Of a DNA stretch of 64,000 bases, positions 53,148 through 63,312 are shown piece after piece. The number at the start of each line of letters is the position of its first letter. Within the stretch, counting starts at the first letter, position 1. The translations under genes were made by a program, and so were the position numbers. This DNA is from an uncultured delta proteobacterium (GTDB lineage: Bacteria > Desulfobacterota > Desulfobacteria > Desulfobacterales > JAHEIW01), in NCBI GenBank assembly GCA_963706575.1, contig CAVPNL010000003.1, positions 480,001-544,000 on the forward strand. The letters run 5' to 3'. The notes beneath the pieces are model-generated. The model saw nothing but the letters and a program-made list of their open reading frames with translations. It was not told the origin of the DNA and made no database searches.

Positions 53148-54201
53148 TTTGCAGCGCCTGCGCCTGAAAATAAGTCGTCAGTTCATCGATGAATTCGCTG
53201 AGATTCCCAGCCAGGACATCATCCAGTTTATATAGGGTCAGACCGATGCGGTGATCGGTCACCCTGCCCTGGGGGAAGTTATAGGTTCGGATGCGCCCGC
53301 TGCGATCTCCGGTTCCCACCTGGCTTTTGCGTTCTTCAGACCGTTTTTCGTTCTGTTCCTGGGTGATTTGATCCAGCAACCGCGCCCGCAAAACTTTTAA
53401 GGCTTTGTTTTTATTTTTTAATTGCGATTTTTCATCCTGACAGGTGACAACCAGCCCCGTCGGCAGATGGGTAATGCGAACAGCCGAATCGGTCGTGTTC
53501 ACACTCTGCCCCCCGGGCCCTGTGGAACGATAGACGTCAATTTTCAGTTCGGAAGGGTCAATTTTTACATCGACTTCTTCGGCCTCCGGCAAAACGGCAA
53601 CCGTAACCGCAGAGGTGTGAATTCGCCCCTGGGCTTCGGTGGTCGGAACCCGCTGAACCCGATGAATACCGCTTTCGTATTTAAATCGGCTGTAAGCCCC
53701 TTTACCGTGAACCAGGACGATAATTTCTTTAATCCCACCGACGCCGGTGAGGTGTTGCGCCATGACTTCCACCCGCCAATCGCGGTTTTCCGCATAGCGC
53801 GTGTACATTCTAAAAAGATCGCCGGCAAATAGGGCTGCTTCTTCCCCGCCTGTACCGGCCCGGATTTCAACAATCACATTCTTATCATCATTGGGATCCT
53901 TTGGCAAAAGCAGCTTTCTGAGATCATCTTCAAGCCGACCTTTATTCTGATTCAAGGCGGTGAGCTCTTCCCGGGCCAAATTTTTTATTTCAGGATCAGA
54001 ATCCTGCAGCAGTTCCGTGCTATCTTCAATACCCTGAAGGACCCTTTGATATTCATTGAAGACCGATACAATTTTATTCAGCTCGGCGTGTTCACGGATA
54101 AGCTTCTGATACGCTTGACGATCATTGACAATTTTCGGTTCGCTCAGATGCTTTTCAATCTCTAAGAATCGTTCTTCAACCCCTTTTAATTTTTCGAACA
54201 T
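53101..54201 (-). CDS. prfA: Peptide chain release factor 1
   Basis: PxT (PTT) motif, [17 protein letters not shown]. Confidence 0.96.
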   Translation of the reverse strand: MFEKLKGVEERFLEIEKHLSEPKIVNDRQAYQKLIREHAELNKIVSVFNEYQRVLQGIEDSTELLQDSDPEIKNLAREELTALNQNKGRLEDDLRKLLLPKDPNDDKNVIVEIRAGTGGEEAALFAGDLFRMYTRYAENRDWRVEVMAQHLTGVGGIKEIIVLVHGKGAYSRFKYESGIHRVQRVPTTEAQGRIHTSAVTVAVLPEAEEVDVKIDPSELKIDVYRSTGPGGQSVNTTDSAVRITHLPTGLVVTCQDEKSQLKNKNKALKVLRARLLDQITQEQNEKRSEERKSQVGTGDRSGRIRTYNFPQGRVTDHRIGLTLYKLDDVLAGNLSEFIDELTTYFQAQALQNAQTNQTRPTGMDPD

Positions 54202-54469
54202 TTTTGCGACACCCTAAAAAATTTAAGTATTCCTAAATGTTATGCCAACCGGCGAAAGTAAAGGGGAAAGGTGAATGCAACTGGCTATATCCTAATAATT
54301 AACCAGGCTACTTCCGAGATCAGCAGATTGTATTTGAGGGAGACGGCCTCTGGACGATTCTGGTAGAATACTTGTAAGGCCAGAAAGTGCCTTTATGCGG
54401 TTAAGCCCTCGGCCACTGGTTTTTCAGTATCGATAAGCTTAGCCGCATCATCGCAACAAGGCGGGGGTG

Positions 54470-54694
54470 CTAGTTCGGTTTTTCTTTTTTTTGCTGAAAT
54501 TTTTCATATTTTTGGCGGAAACGTTCGATGCGACCGGCGGTATCTACCAGCTTCTGTTTGCCGGTAAAAAACGGATGGCATTTTGAGCAAATCTCAACCC
54601 GGATATCCTCTCTGGTGGATCCGACCTCCAGGACGTTACCACAGGCGCACCGAATGGTGGTTTCATGATACTCTGGATGAATGTCAGTTTTCAT
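54470..54694 (-). CDS. rpmE: 50S ribosomal protein L31 (zinc-binding type)
   Basis: [25 protein letters not shown]. Confidence 0.96.
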   Translation of the reverse strand: MKTDIHPEYHETTIRCACGNVLEVGSTREDIRVEICSKCHPFFTGKQKLVDTAGRIERFRQKYEKFQQKKEKPN

Positions 54695-54713
54695 TTTATC
54701 TCAACCCCCTAAT

Positions 54714-54812
54714 GTATCTGGTATTTGGTGTTTGGTATTTAGTGTTTGGTATAGCGGATATGACGTCACTTCGGTTTAAATGCTAAACACGAAACACCAA
54801 ATACTAAACACT
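54714..54812. repeat. Palindromic heptamer repeat (TGTTTAG/CTAAACA family)
   Basis: gtatctggtatttggtgtttggtatttagtgtttgg ... ctaaacacgaaacaccaaatactaaacact. Confidence 0.7.
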
Positions 54813-54890
54813 AAAAATTTTTTTGTATATACGAATGAATTCCTTTTGGCAACCCTTTATTTTCAATTGGGAATGTTACTCCTGATTATA

Positions 54891-56138
54891 TTACGCATTC
54901 ATTGAATTTAAAAATTCCTGGTTGTCTTTGGTTCCGCCCATTTTATCGAGCAAAAATTCCATACTGTCAACCGTATTCAACGATGTCAGCAGTTTGCGCA
55001 ATATCCAAACCCGATTCAATGCCTCTCCATTCAGCAGTAGCTCTTCTTTACGCGTACCGGAACGCTTGATATCAAATGAAGGATAAACACGCTTATCCGC
55101 CAGGCGTCGATCCAGCTGAATCTCAGCATTGCCGGTACCTTTAAATTCCTCGAAAATAACTTCGTCCATGCGGCTGCCCGTATCAACCAACGCAGTCGCA
55201 ATGATGGTCAGACTACCGCCCTCCTCAATATTCCGGGCGGCGCCAAAAAATCGTTTGGGGCGCTGCAACGCGTTGGAATCCACGCCACCGGAAAGTATCT
55301 TGCCACTGGGAGGTACCACCGAATTGTAAGCCCGGGCCAGCCGGGTAATACTGTCCAGCAGGATGACAACATCTTTTTTGTGTTCAACCAGACGCTTGGC
55401 CTTGTCGATCACCATCTCGGCTACCTGGACATGCCGTTCTGCCGGCTCGTCAAAAGTTGAGCTGATGACTTCAGCAGCCACAGTCCGTTGCATATCGGTG
55501 ACCTCCTCCGGCCTCTCATCAATCAGCAGGACAAAAGGCACCACATCCTTGTGGCTGATGATAATGGCGTTGGCAATACTTTGCAGCAGCATGGTTTTAC
55601 CGGATCGCGGCGGCGAAACAATCAAGCCCCTTTGGCCAAAGCCCATAGGGATCATCATATCCATGATCCGGGTGGAATAGTTTTCAGCATCGGTTTCCAG
55701 ACTGATTTTGCGATCCGGATAAAGCGGTGTAAGATTGTCAAACAGGATCTTGTCACGGGCGACTTCCGGATCTTCAAAATTAACGGCTTCCACCTTCAGC
55801 AGGGCGAAATAGCGCTCGGATTCTTTGGGCTGGCGGATCTGGCCCGAAATCGTATCGCCGGTTCTTAAATTAAAGCGCCGAATCTGGGAGGGTGACACAT
55901 AAATGTCATCGGGTCCCGGCAAATAGTTGGAATCCGGTGATCTTAGAAAGCCAAATCCGTCGGGCAGAATCTCAAGGGTTCCTTCGCCAAAAATAAACCC
56001 GTTTTTTTCAATCTGGTGTTGCAGCAGGGCAAACATCAGTTCCTGCTTACGCATTCCGGCTGCCCCGTCAATTTTGTACTGTTTGGCCATCTGGGTGAGT
56101 TCGTTGATTTTTTTTTCTTTAAGTTCTACGATATTCAT
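54891..56138 (-). CDS. rho: Transcription termination factor Rho
   Basis: [32 protein letters not shown]; start set at ATG 56138. Confidence 0.97.
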   Translation of the reverse strand: MNIVELKEKKINELTQMAKQYKIDGAAGMRKQELMFALLQHQIEKNGFIFGEGTLEILPDGFGFLRSPDSNYLPGPDDIYVSPSQIRRFNLRTGDTISGQIRQPKESERYFALLKVEAVNFEDPEVARDKILFDNLTPLYPDRKISLETDAENYSTRIMDMMIPMGFGQRGLIVSPPRSGKTMLLQSIANAIIISHKDVVPFVLLIDERPEEVTDMQRTVAAEVISSTFDEPAERHVQVAEMVIDKAKRLVEHKKDVVILLDSITRLARAYNSVVPPSGKILSGGVDSNALQRPKRFFGAARNIEEGGSLTIIATALVDTGSRMDEVIFEEFKGTGNAEIQLDRRLADKRVYPSFDIKRSGTRKEELLLNGEALNRVWILRKLLTSLNTVDSMEFLLDKMGGTKDNQEFLNSMNA

Positions 56139-56529
56139 CAAGTTTTTCCTCTTTAAGTTAATATTCCGGTGGGTTAGATCTGCCGCTGGCGGCAGGATTA
56201 TTTTTAAAGCATTTATCCTCAAGCTGTTGCTGAACGGTTTCTGAGAAATATACTTTATGCTTTATTAATAAACGCTTTCCAGCACTTTAGCATTATACCT
56301 AAGCGCAGGCGGGTTATCCTTGCGACAAACCTGTTTGGCGGTATGGGTACTTGAAAACGTTGAGCATTTGAATAAATATAGGCGTCCCTACACAGCAGAT
56401 TTATGGATTGGATCCATGTCGGTTTTTAAGGAGGTTTATGCGTGTATGCTTGTACAGTGATTTTAAGCTAGAAGAATATTATTAAGTCCTCACAGTCTGG
56501 TGGGCTATGCCTTAGATCTGATAATATAA

Positions 56530-56558
56530 AAATTATATCATTATCGGAAGCCTGTCAA
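56530..56558 (-). promoter_or_regulatory. Sigma70-type promoter candidate for rho
   Basis: TTGACA-15 nt-TATAAT / 17 nt-TAATTT about 400 nt upstream of rho. Confidence 0.5.
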
Positions 56559-56709
56559 GCAGTTTGTCAAATTTTTAAACACTTTAGCGAAACACGCGCC
56601 AGATGGTTTTTAAATTCAACCATAGCTGTGTTATAATCCAAATTCATTCAAATTCTTCGTTTGCATCAATTGCGAAAAATCAATCTCGTACTTTGTAAAT
56701 AAGAACTCC

Positions 56710-58126
56710 GTGCAAAATTCAGCTAAAAAAATGATTCGACTTGATACAAAAATTTTCCCTGAAGTCCCGGGCGCTTTCATTGTTGGCGGTTCAATCAGAG
56801 ATTTGCTTTGCGGTCGTGCACCGGTTGACTATGACGTTGCCGTGCTGGGAGATCCGGTTAAATTTGCGCGCCAGATTGAAAGCAGGACAAACGGTCGCAG
56901 GGTTGAACTCGGCAAACCCGGCCAAATGATTATTCGGGTGATCAGTGAAAATCACATTATCGACGTTTCCAGTATTAAAAATGCATCTATTGAAAAAGAT
57001 CTTCAGGCAAGGGATTTTACGATCAATGCCATGGCATATGATTTGTCATCAAATCGATTAATCGACCCTGTTGGCGCACAACGCGATCTGAAGAACAAAA
57101 CCGTTCGTATGGTTTCAAAAGAAATTTTTAAGCGGGATCCGGCACGACTGCTGAGGGCATATCGAATTGCAGCCGAATTTCAATTTGAGATTGAACCGCA
57201 GACCAAGGCTGCGATTCAAAAACATGCTGCGCTTATTCAGCAATCAGCGGGAGAACGGGTTCGCGCAGAACTTTTTAAGATGCTGCAATGCACCGGTTTT
57301 CACCCTTATCTATGCCAGATGGCGGATAGCAGGTTGCTGTTTGCAGTTTTGCCTGAACTTGCAGCCCTAAAACAATGCCGCCAAAATCGGCACCATGAAT
57401 TCAACGTATTTGATCATACCCTGCAGGCATTTTTTCATCTGGAAGGTTTGCTGGGGCCAAATCAAAAATTGTTGATCGCCAACAAGGAGGCGGCTGCACG
57501 CCGGATCGACGCAACACAGACTCCGCTGCTCAAGCTTGCGATGCTGCTGCACGATGTCGCCAAACCGGCTGTTATGACCGGGAGTCGTGACGAGAAACTC
57601 CATTTTTACGGCCATGAACGCCAGAGTGCCCAGGTGGCTGAGACCATCTGCCAGCGGCTGAAGTGCTCCAGGCGGGATACCGCTAAAATTCATTTTCTGG
57701 TGCGGCATCACGTTCGCCCCCGGTTCCTTTTTACGGCACTTCATGAACAAAAAGCCTGCCCCCGGGCGGTGACCCGATTTTTTATGAAATGCGCCGAGCA
57801 TATGCCAGATCTGCTCATCATTGCAGCTGCTGATATGCTGGGCAAAGAAGCGGAATTCAGCGAACGCAGCACCGCATTTTTAGCTTTTTTGAATCAGTTG
57901 ATGGTTGATTTTGAAACAAATTACAAACCCAGAACATCCGGCTCACGGCTGATAAGCGGCCACGATTTGGCTGCTGAATTCGGGCTTGCGCCATCTCCAC
58001 TAGTATAAGAAAATTTTAGCCCGGGTGGAAGAAGAACGATTGTCAAGAAGCGATATGACGCGGCAGGAAGCCTTGGCGCTGGTTACAAGGCTAATACGCG
58101 CTAAGGGGTCAATCGAGGATAAGTGA
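56710..58126 (+). CDS. CCA tRNA nucleotidyltransferase / poly(A) polymerase family with HD domain; +1 indel at ~58003
   Basis: VGGSIRD...DYDV, RDFTINAMA, DPARLLRAYR, LLHDVAKP; removing one base continues PSPLYKKILARVEEERL... to TGA at 58124-58126. Confidence 0.85.
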
Positions 58127-58149
58127 AAGGTGGCGTAGGTCGGTCGCCT

Positions 58150-58226
58150 GGTTCAAAGGTTCAAGGTTCTGAGGTTCAGAGGTTTGTACCTGAACCTCTG
58201 AACCTCAGAACCTTGAACCCTGAACC
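58150..58226. repeat. Near-perfect palindromic repeat between convergent genes (GGTTCAA family)
   Basis: ggttcaaaggttcaaggttctgaggttcagaggtt-tgtacctg-aacctctgaacctcagaaccttgaaccctgaacc. Confidence 0.8.
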
Positions 58227-58230
58227 GATA

Positions 58231-58896
<666 letters not shown>

Positions 58897-59000
58897 TTAT
58901 CCTCCTTCCATTCATTTAACAAATTTCGTGCTTTCGTGATTCGCCTTACCATTTTTTCATCCAGATTTTGTGAATTAAATAATACTTTTTTTGCCGGCAG

Positions 59001-59029
59001 AGTATGGCGGAAGGAAAGCCGAGTGTCAA
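59001..59029 (-). promoter_or_regulatory. Sigma70-type promoter candidate for adk
   Basis: TTGACA-17 nt-CATACT. Confidence 0.55.
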
Positions 59030-59304
59030 GATAATATTGGGCGTATTCCACCGACCCTAGCATTCCAGGATTCCATTATTCCAACAGCCCGTGGCAAGCG
59101 TTTACGGTAATCCGCCTCCGACAAACTGACCTGTCTATCGGAGCACCTTTTCAATGTTAGAATAAATTTCTTGAAAATATCGGAAATTTTTCTTGCCAAA
59201 TGGAATCATAGACTATATAAATAAGCGTTTAACGTAAAATATTGGAAAATAGACAATTTCAATACGTTACAAATAAAATTGGAACTTAAAAGGGGGCGAG
59301 GAAT

Positions 59305-59518
59305 TTGAAGGATATTGAGGTCAGGGTCATTGACAACGATATTGAAAAGGCCATCCGGATCTTGAAAAAGAAGATTCAAAACGATGGGCTGTTCAAACGG
59401 CTTAAGCTAAAAAAGAGTTACGAAAAGCCGAGTGAATACAGACGTCGCAAGATGCGTGAGGCCTTAAGAAGGGAACGGCTAGCTCGCTGCCCGCGCTGCC
59501 AGATATCGCAGAAGATAG
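59305..59518 (+). CDS. rpsU: 30S ribosomal protein S21; apparent +1 indel at ~59488 fuses it to folC
   Basis: IEKAIRILKKK...YEKPSEYRRRK; removing one base ends ...LARARAARYRRR* at TAG 59516-59518. Confidence 0.88.
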
Positions 59519-59538
59519 GGCCTAACTGCAATAAAAGG

Positions 59539-59574
59539 AAACCCGGCAAGAAAAGCCTTTTTGCCGGGTTTTTT
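59539..59574 (+). terminator. Intrinsic terminator after rpsU
   Basis: aaacccggcaa ... ttgccgggtttttt. Confidence 0.8.
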
Positions 59575-59580
59575 ATGTTT

Positions 59581-60885
59581 ATGCCGCCAAAAGAAACTTA
59601 TAATAGCTGTTTGAAGACCATGTATGCGCTGAGAAGATTTGGGATCATACTTGGTCTGGGTACCATCAAAAACATTTTAAGCGCACTTGGCGATCCTCAG
59701 AACGATTTTAACTGCATCCACATAGCGGGAACAAACGGAAAGGGCTCGGTTGCATCCGCCCTCTCCACCATTTTACACGAATCCGGTTATCGCGTCGGTC
59801 TTTATACCTCACCCCATCTGGTTCGTTTCAATGAGAGAATCTGTATCAACAACCGTCAGATCGCAAATAAAGATGTCGTAAAATCCTATCAGGCGGTCAA
59901 GCGTGTCCACCACGGGGACCGCAGCCCGACGTTTTTTGAATTTTCCACCGCCATGGCACTTTATACGTTCAGCAGACAAAAGGTGGACTGGGCGGTGATC
60001 GAGACCGGTATGGGGGGACGCTACGATGCCACCAACATCATAAAGCCGGCCATTTCGATCATTACCAACGTATCCATGGAACATCGGGATTATCTGGGCA
60101 GCACCATAGCTGAGATTGCACGCGAAAAAGCCGGTATCATCAAGCAAATGACACCGGTGGTCACCGCCGTAAAACAAAAGCAGGCCCGATCTGTCGTTCG
60201 GGAAGTCGCCCAAAAAAAATCTGCACCGCTATTCATGCTGGGGAAAGATTTCGCGGTCAGACAACATCCGTCCGGACATTTTTCTTACTATGGCTTTGAA
60301 AATACCTGGCGCCATTTAAAGACGCCTTTGTTGGGACACTATCAGGTTCAAAATGCGGCGCTCGCCCTGGCAGCCAGCGAACTGTTAACCAAAAACAACG
60401 TCTCAATTTCCCGTGAAAGTATTAAACAGGGCCTGGCAAACACCCGGTGGCCCGGAAGACTGGAAATTGTCTGCGACAATCCTTTGGTCATCCTGGACGG
60501 CGCTCACAATTTAATTGCCGCACGCAATCTGGCCAGATTCCTGGCCGATAACCTGGCTAAAAGGCGCATCACCCTGGTCATCGGAATATTGGATGACAAA
60601 CCCTATGAGTCCATGCTTAAAAGTTTACTGCCCCAATGTTGCCGGGCCATTATCACCCGGGCCAAAACCGGTCGGGCATTAGAACCTCAGCGCCTTTATA
60701 AAACGGCCCAAAAACTCGTTTCAGATGTATCGATTGTACCTGATGTAGCCGATGCATTTCGACAGGCGGTTGAAACCGCAGCATCAGATGAAGTGATCTG
60801 TGTTGCCGGTTCCCTGTATGTCGTCGGCGAAGCCAAAGAAGCCGTCGAGAAAGGCCTTATCAAATCTATAAAAACACATAAATAG
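59581..60885 (+). CDS. folC: Folylpolyglutamate synthase/dihydrofolate synthase
   Basis: HIAGTNGKGS, YTSPHL, ETGMGGRYDATN, WPGRLE, LDGAHN. Confidence 0.93.
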   Translation: MPPKETYNSCLKTMYALRRFGIILGLGTIKNILSALGDPQNDFNCIHIAGTNGKGSVASALSTILHESGYRVGLYTSPHLVRFNERICINNRQIANKDVVKSYQAVKRVHHGDRSPTFFEFSTAMALYTFSRQKVDWAVIETGMGGRYDATNIIKPAISIITNVSMEHRDYLGSTIAEIAREKAGIIKQMTPVVTAVKQKQARSVVREVAQKKSAPLFMLGKDFAVRQHPSGHFSYYGFENTWRHLKTPLLGHYQVQNAALALAASELLTKNNVSISRESIKQGLANTRWPGRLEIVCDNPLVILDGAHNLIAARNLARFLADNLAKRRITLVIGILDDKPYESMLKSLLPQCCRAIITRAKTGRALEPQRLYKTAQKLVSDVSIVPDVADAFRQAVETAASDEVICVAGSLYVVGEAKEAVEKGLIKSIKTHK

Positions 60886-60943
60886 ATTTGATCTAATTGA
60901 TCTTGACTTATATAACCGCATAAATTAATTAATTTGTTAAAGC

Positions 60944-61089
60944 TCGAGGGCTTTGGGAAGCGTTCAATTTTGTTCAAGTTCAAGGAAGGCGAAGATTTTA
61001 ACCGGAGGCATACTTAAAGTATGTTGAGGATTAAAATCTGCGTCTGACGCAGAAATTGGGCAAAAGGGGACGGTTCCCAGAGCCCTCGA
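60944..61089. mobile_element. Rod-shaped palindromic element, family B
   Basis: tcgagggctttgggaa ... ttcccagagccctcga termini; core accggaggcatac-ttaaa-gtatgttgaggatt related to 13160-13190. Confidence 0.78.
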
Positions 61090-61092
61090 TAG

Positions 61093-61168
61093 GCGCCCGT
61101 AGCTCAGGGGATAGAGCGTCAGCCTCCGGAGCTGAAAGCCGCTGGTTCGAATCCAGCCGGGCGTACCA
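61093..61168 (+). tRNA. tRNA-Arg(CCG)
   Basis: GCGCCCGTAGCTCAGGGGATAGAGC...TCAGC-CT-CCG-GA-GCTGA...GGTTCGAATCC...ACCA, 76 nt. Confidence 0.96.
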
Positions 61169-61175
61169 ATAAAAT

Positions 61176-61214
61176 AAAGGGTTTAGAAGATTTTCTAAAC
61201 CCTTTTTCTTTTTT
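61176..61214 (+). terminator. Hairpin/terminator after tRNA-Arg
   Basis: aaagggtttagaa-gatt-ttctaaacccttttt. Confidence 0.75.
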
Positions 61215-61502
61215 AAAAACTATATTTCCAACCCTATTTCCAACCTAAAGAAGAAATAGCGGGGTAATTCAGGGTAAGTCAATAGGAAAGGTAAATCTTC
61301 GGTTCGGCAAAAGAGGAAGGTTTAAACGACAATCAGCTTTTTTAATTGAAATATTAAGCTTTCAAATCTGCAATTATCCCGAAAGCTATATTTCGATCTG
61401 AAATCCTAAAATTTTCTTACACTTTAGAAGATGCATTTATAGCCGAAATGTAAAGTAAAAGTAATTTGGGGACTGCGTTATGAAATCCAAATATTTGAGA
61501 AA

Positions 61503-61600
61503 TTAGCATGCATCCAAGTCATCTGCTAATTTTAAAGCACCCTCGAAGTCAAAATCTTCGGCCAATTGAGCGATTCGATATCTAACCTCTGAACCAGGAG
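61503..61600 (-). pseudogene. Possible 3' remnant of a gene (resembles C-termini of hybrid sensor kinases)
   Basis: Manual translation ...RIAQLAEDFDFEGALKLADDLDAC* with no upstream body. Confidence 0.35.
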
Positions 61601-61819
61601 ACTGACACGTTGCACCATTTTTTAATCCAACAAACCCAAGTAACCGAGTTACTCAACAAACCTGCGTCTCTACTGCCCACTCAGTCCCCAGCACTCAGTC
61701 CTAAGTTCTTTTTGGATTTTCCAAATTCGACTCGGCTGAGCTCGTCGCGGGCCATATTCCATTGTCGCGGAAAAAATTGATTATTATGACTTGACAAGGG
61801 CTTCGATTTGACGGAAAAG

Positions 61820-61837
61820 TAACCAAGCGCTTGGTTA
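61820..61837. promoter_or_regulatory. Perfect 18-bp palindrome, TetR-type operator candidate
   Basis: TAACCAAGCGCTTGGTTA immediately downstream of TTGACG (61808-61813), upstream of the rdhA-like genes. Confidence 0.65.
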
Positions 61838-62055
61838 ATAATTCGAATTCGCTGCGCAACAAACCGAATTTAGATCAAGCACTTTCCCTCCCGAATGATC
61901 ATTTACCCAATTAGGATAAGCCAATAATTATGCAAAAATACATTGTCTTTAAGATCCTTATCTCTGTGAATCGGTTTCGGCCGTGGTTTTCATTTTATAG
62001 AGAAAAAGCGTTTTCTTCATTCAGTTTCCCAAACCGTCTATTTTCATAAAAAAGG

Positions 62056-63213
62056 ATGGACGCAATGCAACAGACAGCATCTAAGAACAAGTACATCGTT
62101 GGTAATGTGGAAAGATTCGATCAGAAAAATGTGATGTATAACCGCGTAAGATGGGATCCGAAAGTCGAAGAGTTAGGGCGCAAATTGTATGGAATTCTCG
62201 CGCCCGGTGAACAACCGGGTTATACTCTCGTTGATCGGGCGTTACAAAATTCATACTGGTATGTCGAGATGGCCTATGCTCATGGCCATATTGTGCATGG
62301 CCTGGATCTATTTTCATGGGAGAAAAAACCCTATTCCGATTGTCTCCGTCTTCCCAAAGGCGAAAAACTTGAATCACCTGACCCGGCAGATATGGCCTTA
62401 AAGGTAAAGAAGGCCGCCAAAGGTCTGGGGGCTGATATGGTCGGGATATGTGAAATGGATCAGCGCTGGATTTATTCGCATTGGTATAACCTGCATAGCC
62501 GCGAAAGCGGGCCTCTCGAAATACCTGAAAACTGCAAATGGGTCATCGCCATCGCTGTGGAGATGGATTATGAAATGTTTCGCACGTCCCCGACGGAGAT
62601 AGAATCAGCGGCAACAGGTTTGGGTTATTCACGAATGGCTTTTGTTGCGGGTTCTCTGGCCCATTTCATTCGCAATCTAGGTTATACAGCCATCGCCTGC
62701 GGAAATGATACCGGCTTGAGTATACCCATCGGAATTGATGCCGGATTGGGTGAATTAGGAAGACACGGCCTTCTGATTACCCCGAAGTTCGGGCCACGGG
62801 TGCGATTATGCAAAGTCATTACCGATTTGCCCCTGGCAACTGATGCACCCATAGAGTTTGGCGTCGCAAAATTCTGCGATCTATGCAAGAAATGCGCAGA
62901 AAACTGCCCTTCCCAGGCCATTCACCACGAAGAGCGCACGACTGAGGCCCTGAATATCTCAAACAATCCGGGGGTATTAAAGTGGCCGACGGATGGAGAA
63001 AAGTGCTTTAAATTTTGGGCCAAAAAAAATAATACATGCTGCGGCAACTGCATCCGGGTGTGCCCTTTTAATAAACCCGATACCCGGTTTCATCGCATGG
63101 TCAAATGGCATGTAAAGAATCTGCCTCAATTTGACAACATCTACAAATGGATGGACGATGTTTGCGGTTATGACAAACAGATTGATGCAGATGACTGGTG
63201 GAAACAGCCCTAA
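62056..63213 (+). CDS. Reductive dehalogenase-like protein (cobalamin, 2x[4Fe-4S]), no TAT signal
   Basis: RFDQKN, GADMVGI...RWIYS, DAGLGELGRHGLLITPKFGPRVRL, FCDLCKKCAENCP, C-x10-CCGNCIRVCPF. Confidence 0.85.
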   Translation: MDAMQQTASKNKYIVGNVERFDQKNVMYNRVRWDPKVEELGRKLYGILAPGEQPGYTLVDRALQNSYWYVEMAYAHGHIVHGLDLFSWEKKPYSDCLRLPKGEKLESPDPADMALKVKKAAKGLGADMVGICEMDQRWIYSHWYNLHSRESGPLEIPENCKWVIAIAVEMDYEMFRTSPTEIESAATGLGYSRMAFVAGSLAHFIRNLGYTAIACGNDTGLSIPIGIDAGLGELGRHGLLITPKFGPRVRLCKVITDLPLATDAPIEFGVAKFCDLCKKCAENCPSQAIHHEERTTEALNISNNPGVLKWPTDGEKCFKFWAKKNNTCCGNCIRVCPFNKPDTRFHRMVKWHVKNLPQFDNIYKWMDDVCGYDKQIDADDWWKQP

Positions 63214-63312
63214 TTGAGCAATTAACGCTCAATTTATTTTCAACTCAATTCAGGTATCAATATCAATCGCAATTCGTGATGAATTCGCCATAGTGTTGCA
63301 AGGAGACAAAAA

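Noticed and set aside
54202..54469. Possible DUF1385 remnant or ncRNA between rpmE and prfA
   Set aside because: Only a weak LALQ...EVA resemblance; no supportable ORF or structure
59305..60885. 526-aa S21-FolC fusion protein in the ORF track
   Set aside because: Removing one base at ~59488 gives a normal Arg-rich S21 end with TAG, and an intrinsic terminator lies inside the supposed linker; most likely an indel artefact
62056..63213. Epoxyqueuosine reductase QueG
   Set aside because: RFDQKN/RWIYS segments, tandem paralogy and the regulatory context fit RdhA-like proteins better; needs HMM confirmation
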